Shown piece by piece: positions 48,047 to 55,533 of a stretch of DNA of 64,000 nucleotides (positions are counted from its first letter, which is position 1; every line of letters starts with the position of its first letter). The stretch lies in IMG/VR virus record IMGVR_UViG_3300020437_000005, positions 1 through 64,000 of that record; one strand, given 5' to 3'. This DNA comes from a virus. The position numbers and the translations under genes were made by a program. Below the pieces are notes generated by a model. That model had not been told where the DNA came from. It made no database searches and worked only from the letters and a program-made list of their open reading frames with translations.

Positions 48047-48247
48047 ATGCAAGAAACTAAGTTCAATCTCTATGGCGAACATATCCGTCCTAATGGTCAT
48101 CAACAGTGGGACATTCTGAGTTACATTGCTGAGACAAGAGAGGATGCGATTGCTGCATGTAGGAAGAACAATCCTTACTTTCACATTATCACAATTCAGG
48201 TAGATGATACATCACCTGAAGTCGTGAGGTTGCAATCTCTGATTTGA
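48047..48247 (+). CDS. Hypothetical phage protein
   Basis: Packed ORF. Confidence 0.55.
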   Translation: MQETKFNLYGEHIRPNGHQQWDILSYIAETREDAIAACRKNNPYFHIITIQVDDTSPEVVRLQSLI

Positions 48248-48281
48248 AAGTTACTCACCTCCTGATCGTACCAGTAGTGTA
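48247..48281 (+). repeat. 35-bp intergenic repeat, copy 9
   Basis: AAAGTTACTCACCTCCTGATCGTACCAGTAGTGTA; overlaps the upstream TGA. Confidence 0.95.
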
Positions 48282-48292
48282 AGCACTCAACC

Positions 48293-48454
48293 ATGACAGA
48301 CCAAACCTACTCCGAAATCCTCAAAGTTTGGAACGACGAAACTCCTGACGATTTTGCAATCTTCAGTGAACTCTACTACCAAATGTTCGGTGGAGAGTTT
48401 GACATTCCTTACATCACACAGTCTACCACTTCTGCATTTTTCCCCTACGATTGA
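48293..48454 (+). CDS. Small acidic protein (53 aa)
   Basis: Translated manually (MTDQTYSEIL...FPYD). Confidence 0.55.
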   Translation: MTDQTYSEILKVWNDETPDDFAIFSELYYQMFGGEFDIPYITQSTTSAFFPYD

Positions 48455-48472
48455 TCAACAGGAGTTAGTTTG

Positions 48473-48646
48473 ATGACTTATTCTGAACTTTTGGTGCAAC
48501 TGCTTCAACTTAATACAGAACAGTTGAGGCAAGACGTTACAGTCTATGATTCTGACACTGATGAACACTATCCTATGAAGGAGTTTGTGTATGCAACTGA
48601 TGCACAAAATGTTCTAGACACTGACCACCCTATTCTTTCTTTCTGA
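48473..48646 (+). CDS. Small protein (57 aa)
   Basis: AGGAG SD; MTYSELL...LDTDHPILSF. Confidence 0.55.
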   Translation: MTYSELLVQLLQLNTEQLRQDVTVYDSDTDEHYPMKEFVYATDAQNVLDTDHPILSF

Positions 48647-48649
48647 ACC

Positions 48650-49060
48650 ATGTCTACCAACGCAAGAATCGCAATTCAACTGTCAGACAAACCCGGTTAC
48701 TATGTCTCTGTTTATCATCACTGGGATGGTTATCCGCAGTGGTTGGGTAAGACTCTCGGACAACACTTTGACTCTCGTAAGTTAGCATCCGATCTGATTG
48801 ATGGTGGAGACATGTCATGCTGCTGGTCAGATACAGACTGGAACATGAAGAAACTCCCAACCAATCGTCCTCTCTATTATTCTGAGCGTGGTGAGGATTG
48901 CCCTCCTCAACTTGCAACCACTACAGACGATTTGTTCGAGCAATGTGAGAACTGTGGTGCAGAGTATGTTTACATCTACACTCCAGATCACGGTTGGGTA
49001 TCACACAGTGTCTATGATTATACTTCTGGCAAATTTCAATCAGCAACTCTCTCTAACTAA
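48650..49060 (+). CDS. Conserved hypothetical phage protein (HxDGYP family)
   Basis: 'MST.ARI...SVYHHWDGYP.WLG..L...LIDGGD.S...EY.Y.Y...GW'. Confidence 0.65.
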   Translation: MSTNARIAIQLSDKPGYYVSVYHHWDGYPQWLGKTLGQHFDSRKLASDLIDGGDMSCCWSDTDWNMKKLPTNRPLYYSERGEDCPPQLATTTDDLFEQCENCGAEYVYIYTPDHGWVSHSVYDYTSGKFQSATLSN

Positions 49061-49069
49061 CATTCAATC

Positions 49070-49291
49070 ATGACAACTTCCACTTTTCTCACTAACATGA
49101 ACGACGAGCAACTTGACAAACTCAAAGACAACTATGCCTACCTGATTGTGGATGGTATGGATATGGATTCTCTCATTACTTTCGCTGTCGAAACTGTTGC
49201 TCACAATTTAGAAACCTGGACAGAGGAAGAAATCAAGGAAGAGATTCTCGATCATTATGGTGAAGAAACTCTGAATGATCTTCTATCCTAA
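49070..49291 (+). CDS. Hypothetical acidic phage protein
   Basis: 'Y..IVDGMD..L..F' motif. Confidence 0.6.
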   Translation: MTTSTFLTNMNDEQLDKLKDNYAYLIVDGMDMDSLITFAVETVAHNLETWTEEEIKEEILDHYGEETLNDLLS

Positions 49292-49393
49292 AATCACACA
49301 AATTTAAGTATAATCACTCACAAAAATGATTCAAAATCAATTAAAAATGGTTTAATAAATATACTTTCGTTTTCTATCTCTCTTGTTACTTGA

Positions 49394-49435
49394 CAGTTAC
49401 TCCGTGGTTGTTTGACAGTATCTGCGGAGTAATTG
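49394..49435 (+). repeat. Inverted repeat/hairpin containing the GTTACTC core
   Basis: CAGTTACTCCGTGG...CTGCGGAGTAATTG, 14 bp with 3 G.U pairs on the + strand. Confidence 0.7.
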
Positions 49436-49474
49436 CACTGATAAATGTACGAACTTATAGTGATCTTGGACCTC

Positions 49475-49503
49475 ATTCTATCACCACTCCGCGAAAATGT
49501 CAA
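49475..49503 (-). promoter_or_regulatory. Strong sigma70-type promoter on the minus strand
   Basis: Reverse strand reads TTGACA-17 nt-TAGAAT with extended TGn. Confidence 0.75.
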
Positions 49504-49576
49504 GTCCCCCGCAATCAGAAATCCCACACAAAACACTTCGTAATATAAGGAGGACTCATAAATAGTCTGCGGTAGA

Positions 49577-49605
49577 TTGACAGATTCTCTCTGACGATCT
49601 ATAAT
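49577..49605 (+). promoter_or_regulatory. Consensus sigma70 promoter
   Basis: TTGACA-17 nt-TATAAT. Confidence 0.85.
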
Positions 49606-49634
49606 AACAAAGTAACACTCCCACCCTTCCAACC

Positions 49635-49808
49635 ATGCCTGCTATCTATCACCAAGCACAGAAGAGTAAGTATCGCATCACCCTGGAAATCGAAGCAATG
49701 AGTGACTTCGACCCGCATAATATCAACTGGGATCGATTGTTTAAGTTGGAAGGTTCGGAGAATTGTGATGCTTATATAGAGGACCTGAGTACACCTGACC
49801 GTTGGTAA
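49635..49808 (+). CDS. Hypothetical protein (57 aa)
   Basis: Translated manually (MPAIYHQAQK...TPDRW). Confidence 0.6.
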   Translation: MPAIYHQAQKSKYRITLEIEAMSDFDPHNINWDRLFKLEGSENCDAYIEDLSTPDRW

Positions 49809-49821
49809 TCGCAGTCGCTTT

Positions 49822-49856
49822 AAAGTTACTCACCTCTTGATCGTACCAGTGGTGTA
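49822..49856 (+). repeat. 35-bp intergenic repeat, copy 10
   Basis: AAAGTTACTCACCTCTTGATCGTACCAGTGGTGTA. Confidence 0.95.
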
Positions 49857-49880
49857 AGAAACCAACAGAAACAAACAAAC

Positions 49881-50054
49881 ATGCTCACCCGATCTGATCT
49901 TCTCACCGTTCGCGACTACTTCTCCGGAGATGAGTGGGACCTGATTGATGCTGCTCTCAGTGAGTATCAGGACCATTTTGACACTGATGAAGATGCAATC
50001 GTGTTCAACACATTGCAATCGAAACTCGCAGGATTGTTCCGTATTGTAGACTGA
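49881..50054 (+). CDS. Small acidic protein (57 aa)
   Basis: Translated manually (MLTRSDLLTV...FRIVD). Confidence 0.55.
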   Translation: MLTRSDLLTVRDYFSGDEWDLIDAALSEYQDHFDTDEDAIVFNTLQSKLAGLFRIVD

Positions 50055-50096
50055 GAATCGGTACTCTAAGTAACACTCAACTATCACTCTCACATC

Positions 50097-50411
50097 ATGC
50101 GTAAGATCGAAACTCTGATGAACAAAGCAATCGCGGACGGCAAAGATTGGTCGCTCGATAACACTAGAGTCGAGTCCTACGGTGACATCGCCCACGTCTA
50201 TCTTTACGGCAAACTTATCTCAAGAATCGGCGAAGGTTGGATACAATTATTCGACGGAGGTAAGCAATCGAAGACCACCAAATCTCGCCTGAATGCTGTA
50301 CTCGAAGCGAATGGATTGCCGGGTGAACGTGTCTTTCAACGCAATCGTCAGTGGTTCGTTAACTACAACGGACATCCAATTCCTTTCTTCTCAGGTATGC
50401 GTATGAATTGA
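50097..50411 (+). CDS. Conserved hypothetical cyanophage protein
   Basis: 'MRKIE..M..AI...W...NT.V...FDGG.QS.TTKSRLNA...VFQ...WF'. Confidence 0.65.
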   Translation: MRKIETLMNKAIADGKDWSLDNTRVESYGDIAHVYLYGKLISRIGEGWIQLFDGGKQSKTTKSRLNAVLEANGLPGERVFQRNRQWFVNYNGHPIPFFSGMRMN

Positions 50412-50495
50412 TAAAGTATCGGTAACCTGGGCACGTTAGCGTTGCATCGGTAAGTCCCAGGTCTTCATTCTTCACTAACACTTTTCTCTTTTATT

Positions 50496-50630
50496 ATGTC
50501 TCGCTCAACTGCACTCGGTCTTCTCAACATCGGCGCTGACGGTAATGAAATCCTTGCCATTCTCGATGTTATCGCTGAGATCGAATCCGAGAAGGTTATC
50601 GACGAAATCGCAGATCTCCTGTTTAATTGA
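50496..50630 (+). CDS. Small protein (44 aa)
   Basis: MSRSTALGLL..G.EIL.ILD.I; translated manually. Confidence 0.5.
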   Translation: MSRSTALGLLNIGADGNEILAILDVIAEIESEKVIDEIADLLFN

Positions 50631-50634
50631 TACG

Positions 50635-50823
50635 ATGATCACCAACGTCGCTACAGCGTCCCGTCTAGATCTTGAGATCGCTGACACTCGGGGACAGATC
50701 AAGTACACACGTTTGAAACCACAATCACCTCGTCGTTCGTTGTTAGTCTTGACACAAACTAAGGGTCTCCGAACTAACACGAATCGAGGTAAGATTAACG
50801 ACAAACACGCTACATCGATCTGA
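50635..50823 (+). CDS. Small basic protein
   Basis: ATG 4 nt after the upstream stop; the track start at 50545 overlaps the previous ORF. Confidence 0.5.
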   Translation: MITNVATASRLDLEIADTRGQIKYTRLKPQSPRRSLLVLTQTKGLRTNTNRGKINDKHATSI

Positions 50824-50839
50824 CACGATTGCAGAGGGG

Positions 50840-50868
50840 TTGACAACACTCAATCCCTCTGATATACT
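50840..50868 (+). promoter_or_regulatory. sigma70 promoter embedded in an inverted repeat
   Basis: TTGACA-17 nt-TATACT; CAGAGGGGTTGA/TCAATCCCTCTG stem at 50832-50861. Confidence 0.75.
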
Positions 50869-51016
50869 GACAGTAGGTATCGCAGTGTTGGGCGTTTATC
50901 GTCGTTCGTTGATGCGTCGCGTGTATATAAAAAAACCCAACTTCCCTAACCTACAACGGACCGAATTCGAGAGGTATATATAATTCAACTTTTGTTTTGA
51001 TGCGGAGAAAAAAATT

Positions 51017-51202
51017 TTGCCCAGAAAAATTTCGCCCCAAAAGGTTTATCACATATACGCAAAGAATGAGTGTTTATACAAGAATCTAACAGAAGGACAA
51101 TTTAAGAAGACATGGATAACCCTCAATGGTATGGTCGGAATCATGAAAACCGATTATGTGGTTGAGGATTTGTCATATGAGGAGATAATAGTATCTGATT
51201 GA
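51017..51202 (+). CDS. Conserved hypothetical cyanophage protein
   Basis: 'YHIYAK..CLY..L....F...W..L..MVG.MKTDY...DLSYEE'; TTG start. Confidence 0.55.
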   Translation: MPRKISPQKVYHIYAKNECLYKNLTEGQFKKTWITLNGMVGIMKTDYVVEDLSYEEIIVSD

Positions 51203-51227
51203 CAGTGCATATATAAACTGTTATAAT
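51199..51227 (+). promoter_or_regulatory. Consensus sigma70 promoter
   Basis: TTGACA-17 nt-TATAAT with extended TGn. Confidence 0.85.
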
Positions 51228-51250
51228 TGATATGAAGTTAATTCAAACTT

Positions 51251-52027
51251 ATGGCTAAAGGATTTACTGTTAAGGCAAATGCCCCCACAGCGCCTAAAGA
51301 GGAAGAGTGGGACTATGACGCGATTAAAGAGCGTATGAAAGGGAAGACGATTGTATTCTGTCTTCCAGGAAGAGGATGTTCGTATACCTTTCTAAAAAAC
51401 TTTGTACAGATGTGTTTTGATCTGGTACAGAATGGAATGGCTATTCAGATCAGTCAAGACTATTCATCCATGGTGAACTTCGCACGTTGTAAGTGTTTAG
51501 GTGCAAATGTTCTCCGTGGTCCTAATCAAGCACCATGGGACGGTAAACTGCAGTATGACTATCAACTGTGGATTGACAGTGATATTGTCTTTAACTCTCA
51601 GAAGTTCTGGCAACTTTGTGATCTTGCAGTTCCTGCTGAAGGTGAAGAACGTGATATCACCGCTGGTTGGTATTGCACAGAAGACGGTCAAACATCTTCT
51701 GTTGCACACTGGTTGGACGAAGAAGACTTCCGTGGTAATGGTGGTGTCATGAATCATGAAACACTGGAAACCATGGCAAATCGTCAGAAACCATTCACTG
51801 TAGATTACACAGGCTTTGGATGGGTCATGATTAAGAATGGCGTATTTGAGAATGACAAAATGGTTTATCCATGGTTTGCGCCTAAAATGCAGGTATTTGA
51901 AAGTGGTGAAGTTCAAGACATGTGCGGCGAGGATGTCTCATTCTGTCTAGATGCAAAAGAAGCAGGTTATGAAATCTGGTGCGACCCACGCATTCGTGTC
52001 GGTCATGAAAAGACTCGTGTAATTTGA
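51251..52027 (+). CDS. GT-A fold glycosyltransferase-like protein
   Basis: 'WIDSDI' DxD motif; 'TGFGW..IK.GVFE', 'GEDVSFC', 'DP.I.VGH.K'. Confidence 0.7.
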   Translation: MAKGFTVKANAPTAPKEEEWDYDAIKERMKGKTIVFCLPGRGCSYTFLKNFVQMCFDLVQNGMAIQISQDYSSMVNFARCKCLGANVLRGPNQAPWDGKLQYDYQLWIDSDIVFNSQKFWQLCDLAVPAEGEERDITAGWYCTEDGQTSSVAHWLDEEDFRGNGGVMNHETLETMANRQKPFTVDYTGFGWVMIKNGVFENDKMVYPWFAPKMQVFESGEVQDMCGEDVSFCLDAKEAGYEIWCDPRIRVGHEKTRVI

Positions 52028-52038
52028 GGTAAAGACTT

Positions 52039-52179
52039 ATGGCAATGCGTTCAAAGACCGGAGATCTGATTGTTCCAACTCCGAAAAACACTCGTCAAGG
52101 GACGGGCAAACATACCAAATATGCCGCAACGTCTCGTAATAAAGCGCGAAAGCGTTACCGTGGCCAGGGAAGAGGTTAA
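52039..52179 (+). CDS. Small basic peptide (46 aa)
   Basis: GAGGT SD; 'PK.TRQG.GKHTK...RN..RK.YRGQG'. Confidence 0.6.
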   Translation: MAMRSKTGDLIVPTPKNTRQGTGKHTKYAATSRNKARKRYRGQGRG

Positions 52180-52208
52180 ATAAGAGAAGAGTTTATAAAA
52201 TTTAATAT

Positions 52209-52865
52209 ATGTCTTGTTTAATCTCTAACTTACCTTCAGAAGAAGTATGGGTCCGAAAAGAGTATCTTACGGATCATCAGAGTGGACACGGACAATTTGT
52301 AAAGGGCGTTTGGGTATCTGTTAAGTCGATACCTGGACGCGCTTTTTATTTTGAGACATATTTGCCAGAGTATGCTGCGATGTATGATAAATTACCAATC
52401 GCCGCGTTTCTCTCGGAACCAAAGACACCAGATCCAGATATGGATCTTCCAAACTTACAATTCTGGAATTGCATGGACTACGGTGTAGTGACCGTAGATA
52501 AGAAGTTTATAGGTTCTATGGACTTTGAGTGCTACACAAGAGATCATGGACCTCAGAGGGGATCCTACGTATGTACCATAGACAATTATCATCATGATCC
52601 AGACTACGTTGACTATGCAACAAGTGAAAATCCTGCAGAACATAAATCACACAATCTAATTCAACTAGATAATGGTCAGTTTTGTTTATATCCAAATAAT
52701 AGACTAAGAATATATGACAATAGTTTAACTCCGAAGACTCCAAAAACTCCAGACTTCAAAGTGTCTACCATAGAATATCAAGTTGAACGTGGATATGATC
52801 GTTTAGGAATGGGTAATGAAGAAGAATATTTCTGGAAAACTTCGAAAGAGAGAGAAAATAAATAG
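52209..52865 (+). CDS. Conserved hypothetical T4-like cyanophage protein
   Basis: 'L..NLP...WVRKEYL.D...GHG.F...SIPGRA.YFE...EHK...LDNGQF..YPNNR'; TAAATA upstream. Confidence 0.65.
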   Translation: MSCLISNLPSEEVWVRKEYLTDHQSGHGQFVKGVWVSVKSIPGRAFYFETYLPEYAAMYDKLPIAAFLSEPKTPDPDMDLPNLQFWNCMDYGVVTVDKKFIGSMDFECYTRDHGPQRGSYVCTIDNYHHDPDYVDYATSENPAEHKSHNLIQLDNGQFCLYPNNRLRIYDNSLTPKTPKTPDFKVSTIEYQVERGYDRLGMGNEEEYFWKTSKERENK

Positions 52866-52923
52866 TTTACTGGGATAGAACCCCTAAAAAAGTTCTGATT
52901 TGTTCAAATCAGAGGAAAATCTC

Positions 52924-53058
52924 ATGGCTAACTCTCCTGTAGATAAGAGTAAAGATTTCATCAAGTCTGGCATGACACTAATTACAGAACTTGCAAGCGA
53001 TAAACATTTAAAGAAGTCAAAAAAAGTTGATAAAACTAAGATAAATAAGTCAGAATAA
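52924..53058 (+). CDS. Small basic protein (44 aa)
   Basis: GAGGA SD; MANSPVDKSK...; translated manually. Confidence 0.5.
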   Translation: MANSPVDKSKDFIKSGMTLITELASDKHLKKSKKVDKTKINKSE

Positions 53059-53067
53059 TAATATTTC

Positions 53068-53469
53068 ATGCCTCTAGAAAGGGTAAGTCAAGGTTTTAAA
53101 GACATAAGCATGTCGTTTCAGAGTAACCCTCTGAACAAAGATCTTCTTGCCATCAAAAATGAGAACGCAATTGCAAGGTCAATCAAGAATATAGTTTTCA
53201 CAGAACCCGGAGAAAAGTTTTTTAATCCAGATTTCGGGTCTAAACTCTATTCGATTCTATTCGAGAATATTGATGACATCTCAGCAATTAAAATTAAAGA
53301 CCAAATTGAACAATCTATAAGAAACTTTGAACCCAGAGTTAATTTAATTGAAGTCGAAGTGTTCCCAGATTTTGACAATAACGGTTTTGATGTGAAAATC
53401 ATTTATAGAATCATAGGAGTTGACATTGCTCCACAAGAATTACAGTTTATCTTGCAACCAACCAGGTAA
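53068..53469 (+). CDS. Baseplate wedge subunit gp25
   Basis: 'AI.RSIKN.VFT.PGE.FF.PDFGS...I.NFEPRV' GPW/gp25 pattern; ATAAATA at 53041-53047. Confidence 0.85.
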   Translation: MPLERVSQGFKDISMSFQSNPLNKDLLAIKNENAIARSIKNIVFTEPGEKFFNPDFGSKLYSILFENIDDISAIKIKDQIEQSIRNFEPRVNLIEVEVFPDFDNNGFDVKIIYRIIGVDIAPQELQFILQPTR

Positions 53470-53471
53470 AA

Positions 53472-55514
53472 ATGCCATTAGTTAACTTTTCAAACCTGGA
53501 TTTTAATCAGGTAAAGACATCTTTAAAAGATTATTTAAAGTCAAATTCAAATTTTACTGATTATGACTTTGAAGGATCAAATCTTTCGTCTATTCTTGAC
53601 GTATTAGCGTACAATACATACATTACTTCATATAATGCTAATATGGTTGCGAATGAAGTTTTCATTGATAGCGCAACTTTGAGGGAAAATGTTGTATCTT
53701 TGGCAAAAAATATTGGATATTTACCAAGATCTAGAAAATCTGCAAGTGCTGTAATAAGTTTTTTCGTAGATACAACAAATATTTCTCCACCACCCGCTTC
53801 AATTACCCTTAGAAAAGGTCCGATAGTAGCATCTTCGTCAAAATTTGGAGGAAGCTCTTTTGTTTTTTCAATAATTGAAGATATAACGGTGCCAGTTTTT
53901 GATGGAATCGCATCTTTTAATGATGTAATCATTCATGAAGGAGTCCTCTTAACTTCAAATTTTACATTTACATCAAGAAATCCAAATCAAAAGTTTATTT
54001 TACCAAATTCTGGTATAGATACGGACCTGATTAATGTTGCAGTAAAGAGTAATGAACAATCTACATCCAGAGTTAAGTACACGTTAAAGGATAATTTGCT
54101 GGAAATTGATTCAGATTCAAAGATTTTCTTCTTACAGGAGATTGAAGGTGAAAGATATGAGATTTTCTTTGGTGATGGCATCTTTGGGCACTCTTTAGAA
54201 GAAGGTAATTTTATAACAATTGACTATATTTCTTCAAATGGAGACAGTGCTAATGGTGTCAGTCAATTTTCATTCTCTGGAAGACTCTCATATAATAGAA
54301 ATGGTGTAGAATATACGGTAACAACGGGTATTTCTCTCGTAACTACCATTTCTCCATCCTCTGGAGGACAAAATATTGAAAGTGTGGAGTCGATTCGTAA
54401 GTTTGCACCAAAAATATACGCGACTCAGAACAGGGCTGTCACTTCTGATGACTATGAAACTCTAATTCCATCAAAAATTTACCCAGAAACAGAGTCAATT
54501 TCGGTTTTTGGTGGAGAAGAAGTAGTTCCTCCACAATACGGTAAGGTTTTTATCAGTATAAAACCAAGAACAGGTGATTTTTTATCAAATTTAGCAAAAG
54601 AAAACATAAAACTCAAATTAAAGAAGTATGCGGTTGCTGGAATTGTCCCAGAAATCTTAGATTTGAAGTATCTTTATGTCGAAATCAACTCAAAAGTCTA
54701 TTACAACTCAAATTTAGCTCCAAATGCATCTTATGTGTCAAGCATTGTTCAAAATAATGCAAATAAATATGCAGAATCGACAGAATTGAACAAATATGGT
54801 GCTAGATTGAAATATAGTAAGTTTTTAAAGATAATAGATGACAGTCATGAGTCGATAACATCAAATATTACGACTGTAAATATCAGAAGAGACCTTAGAG
54901 TCGCTCTCAATACGATTGCAGAGTACTCAATTGGCTTTGGTAATGAATTTTACGTTAAATTTTCGGAAGGATTCAATATTAAAACATCTTGTTTTAGAAT
55001 TAATGGATTTGCGGAAGATGTTTACATATCAGACCTCCCAAATTTTGATCGAAAAACAGGATCTCTGTTTCTTTTTACTGTGCCAACAGAAAATTCCCAA
55101 AATCCGACCATTGTAAAGAGAAATATTGGTAAAATTGATTATGTGAGAGGTGTGATAACAATAAATCCAATTAATATAGTATCTGGAAAAATCAAGGATG
55201 GTCAAACTATTGTTGAAATATCAGCTTGTCCCAAATCTAATGATGTTGTTGGATTACAGGACCTTTATTTGCAACTAGATATTAATAATAGTAACTTCGA
55301 AACCATTATTGACGATATTTCTTCAGGTTTGGACCCATCCGCCTCCAGTTACATTGTATCTTCAAGTTATCCTGATGGAAATCTTGTTAGACCTGGAGGA
55401 AAATCCAATATAACCAATACAAATACACAGGGAGGAAATATATCTCAGACAAACCAAACAATTTCGAATGTAACAATAAATACCGGATCAAGATCTTCCG
55501 GATCATCATATTAA
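53472..55514 (+). CDS. Baseplate wedge subunit gp6
   Basis: 'LDF..K..LK.YL....FTDYDFEGS.LS..LD.LAYNT...ANE.F.DSATLRENVVSLAK.IGY.P', 'QNRAVT..DYE'. Confidence 0.9.
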   Translation: MPLVNFSNLDFNQVKTSLKDYLKSNSNFTDYDFEGSNLSSILDVLAYNTYITSYNANMVANEVFIDSATLRENVVSLAKNIGYLPRSRKSASAVISFFVDTTNISPPPASITLRKGPIVASSSKFGGSSFVFSIIEDITVPVFDGIASFNDVIIHEGVLLTSNFTFTSRNPNQKFILPNSGIDTDLINVAVKSNEQSTSRVKYTLKDNLLEIDSDSKIFFLQEIEGERYEIFFGDGIFGHSLEEGNFITIDYISSNGDSANGVSQFSFSGRLSYNRNGVEYTVTTGISLVTTISPSSGGQNIESVESIRKFAPKIYATQNRAVTSDDYETLIPSKIYPETESISVFGGEEVVPPQYGKVFISIKPRTGDFLSNLAKENIKLKLKKYAVAGIVPEILDLKYLYVEINSKVYYNSNLAPNASYVSSIVQNNANKYAESTELNKYGARLKYSKFLKIIDDSHESITSNITTVNIRRDLRVALNTIAEYSIGFGNEFYVKFSEGFNIKTSCFRINGFAEDVYISDLPNFDRKTGSLFLFTVPTENSQNPTIVKRNIGKIDYVRGVITINPINIVSGKIKDGQTIVEISACPKSNDVVGLQDLYLQLDINNSNFETIIDDISSGLDPSASSYIVSSSYPDGNLVRPGGKSNITNTNTQGGNISQTNQTISNVTINTGSRSSGSSY

Positions 55515-55533
55515 AGACGGATAGATAAAAAAT

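Noticed and set aside
49318-49632. 104-aa minus-strand ORF in the non-coding island
   Set aside because: It overlaps both promoters, starts upstream of the minus-strand promoter and has no protein-like features.
40990-49856. CRISPR array interpretation of the 35-bp repeats
   Set aside because: Intervals are 0.35-1.5 kb and contain whole genes, the repeats are degenerate and non-palindromic, and no cas genes are present.
40990-49856. Classical integron attC sites
   Set aside because: GTTACTC does not fit GTTRRRY, there is no RYYYAAC inverse core or bottom-strand hairpin, and no integrase lies in the window.
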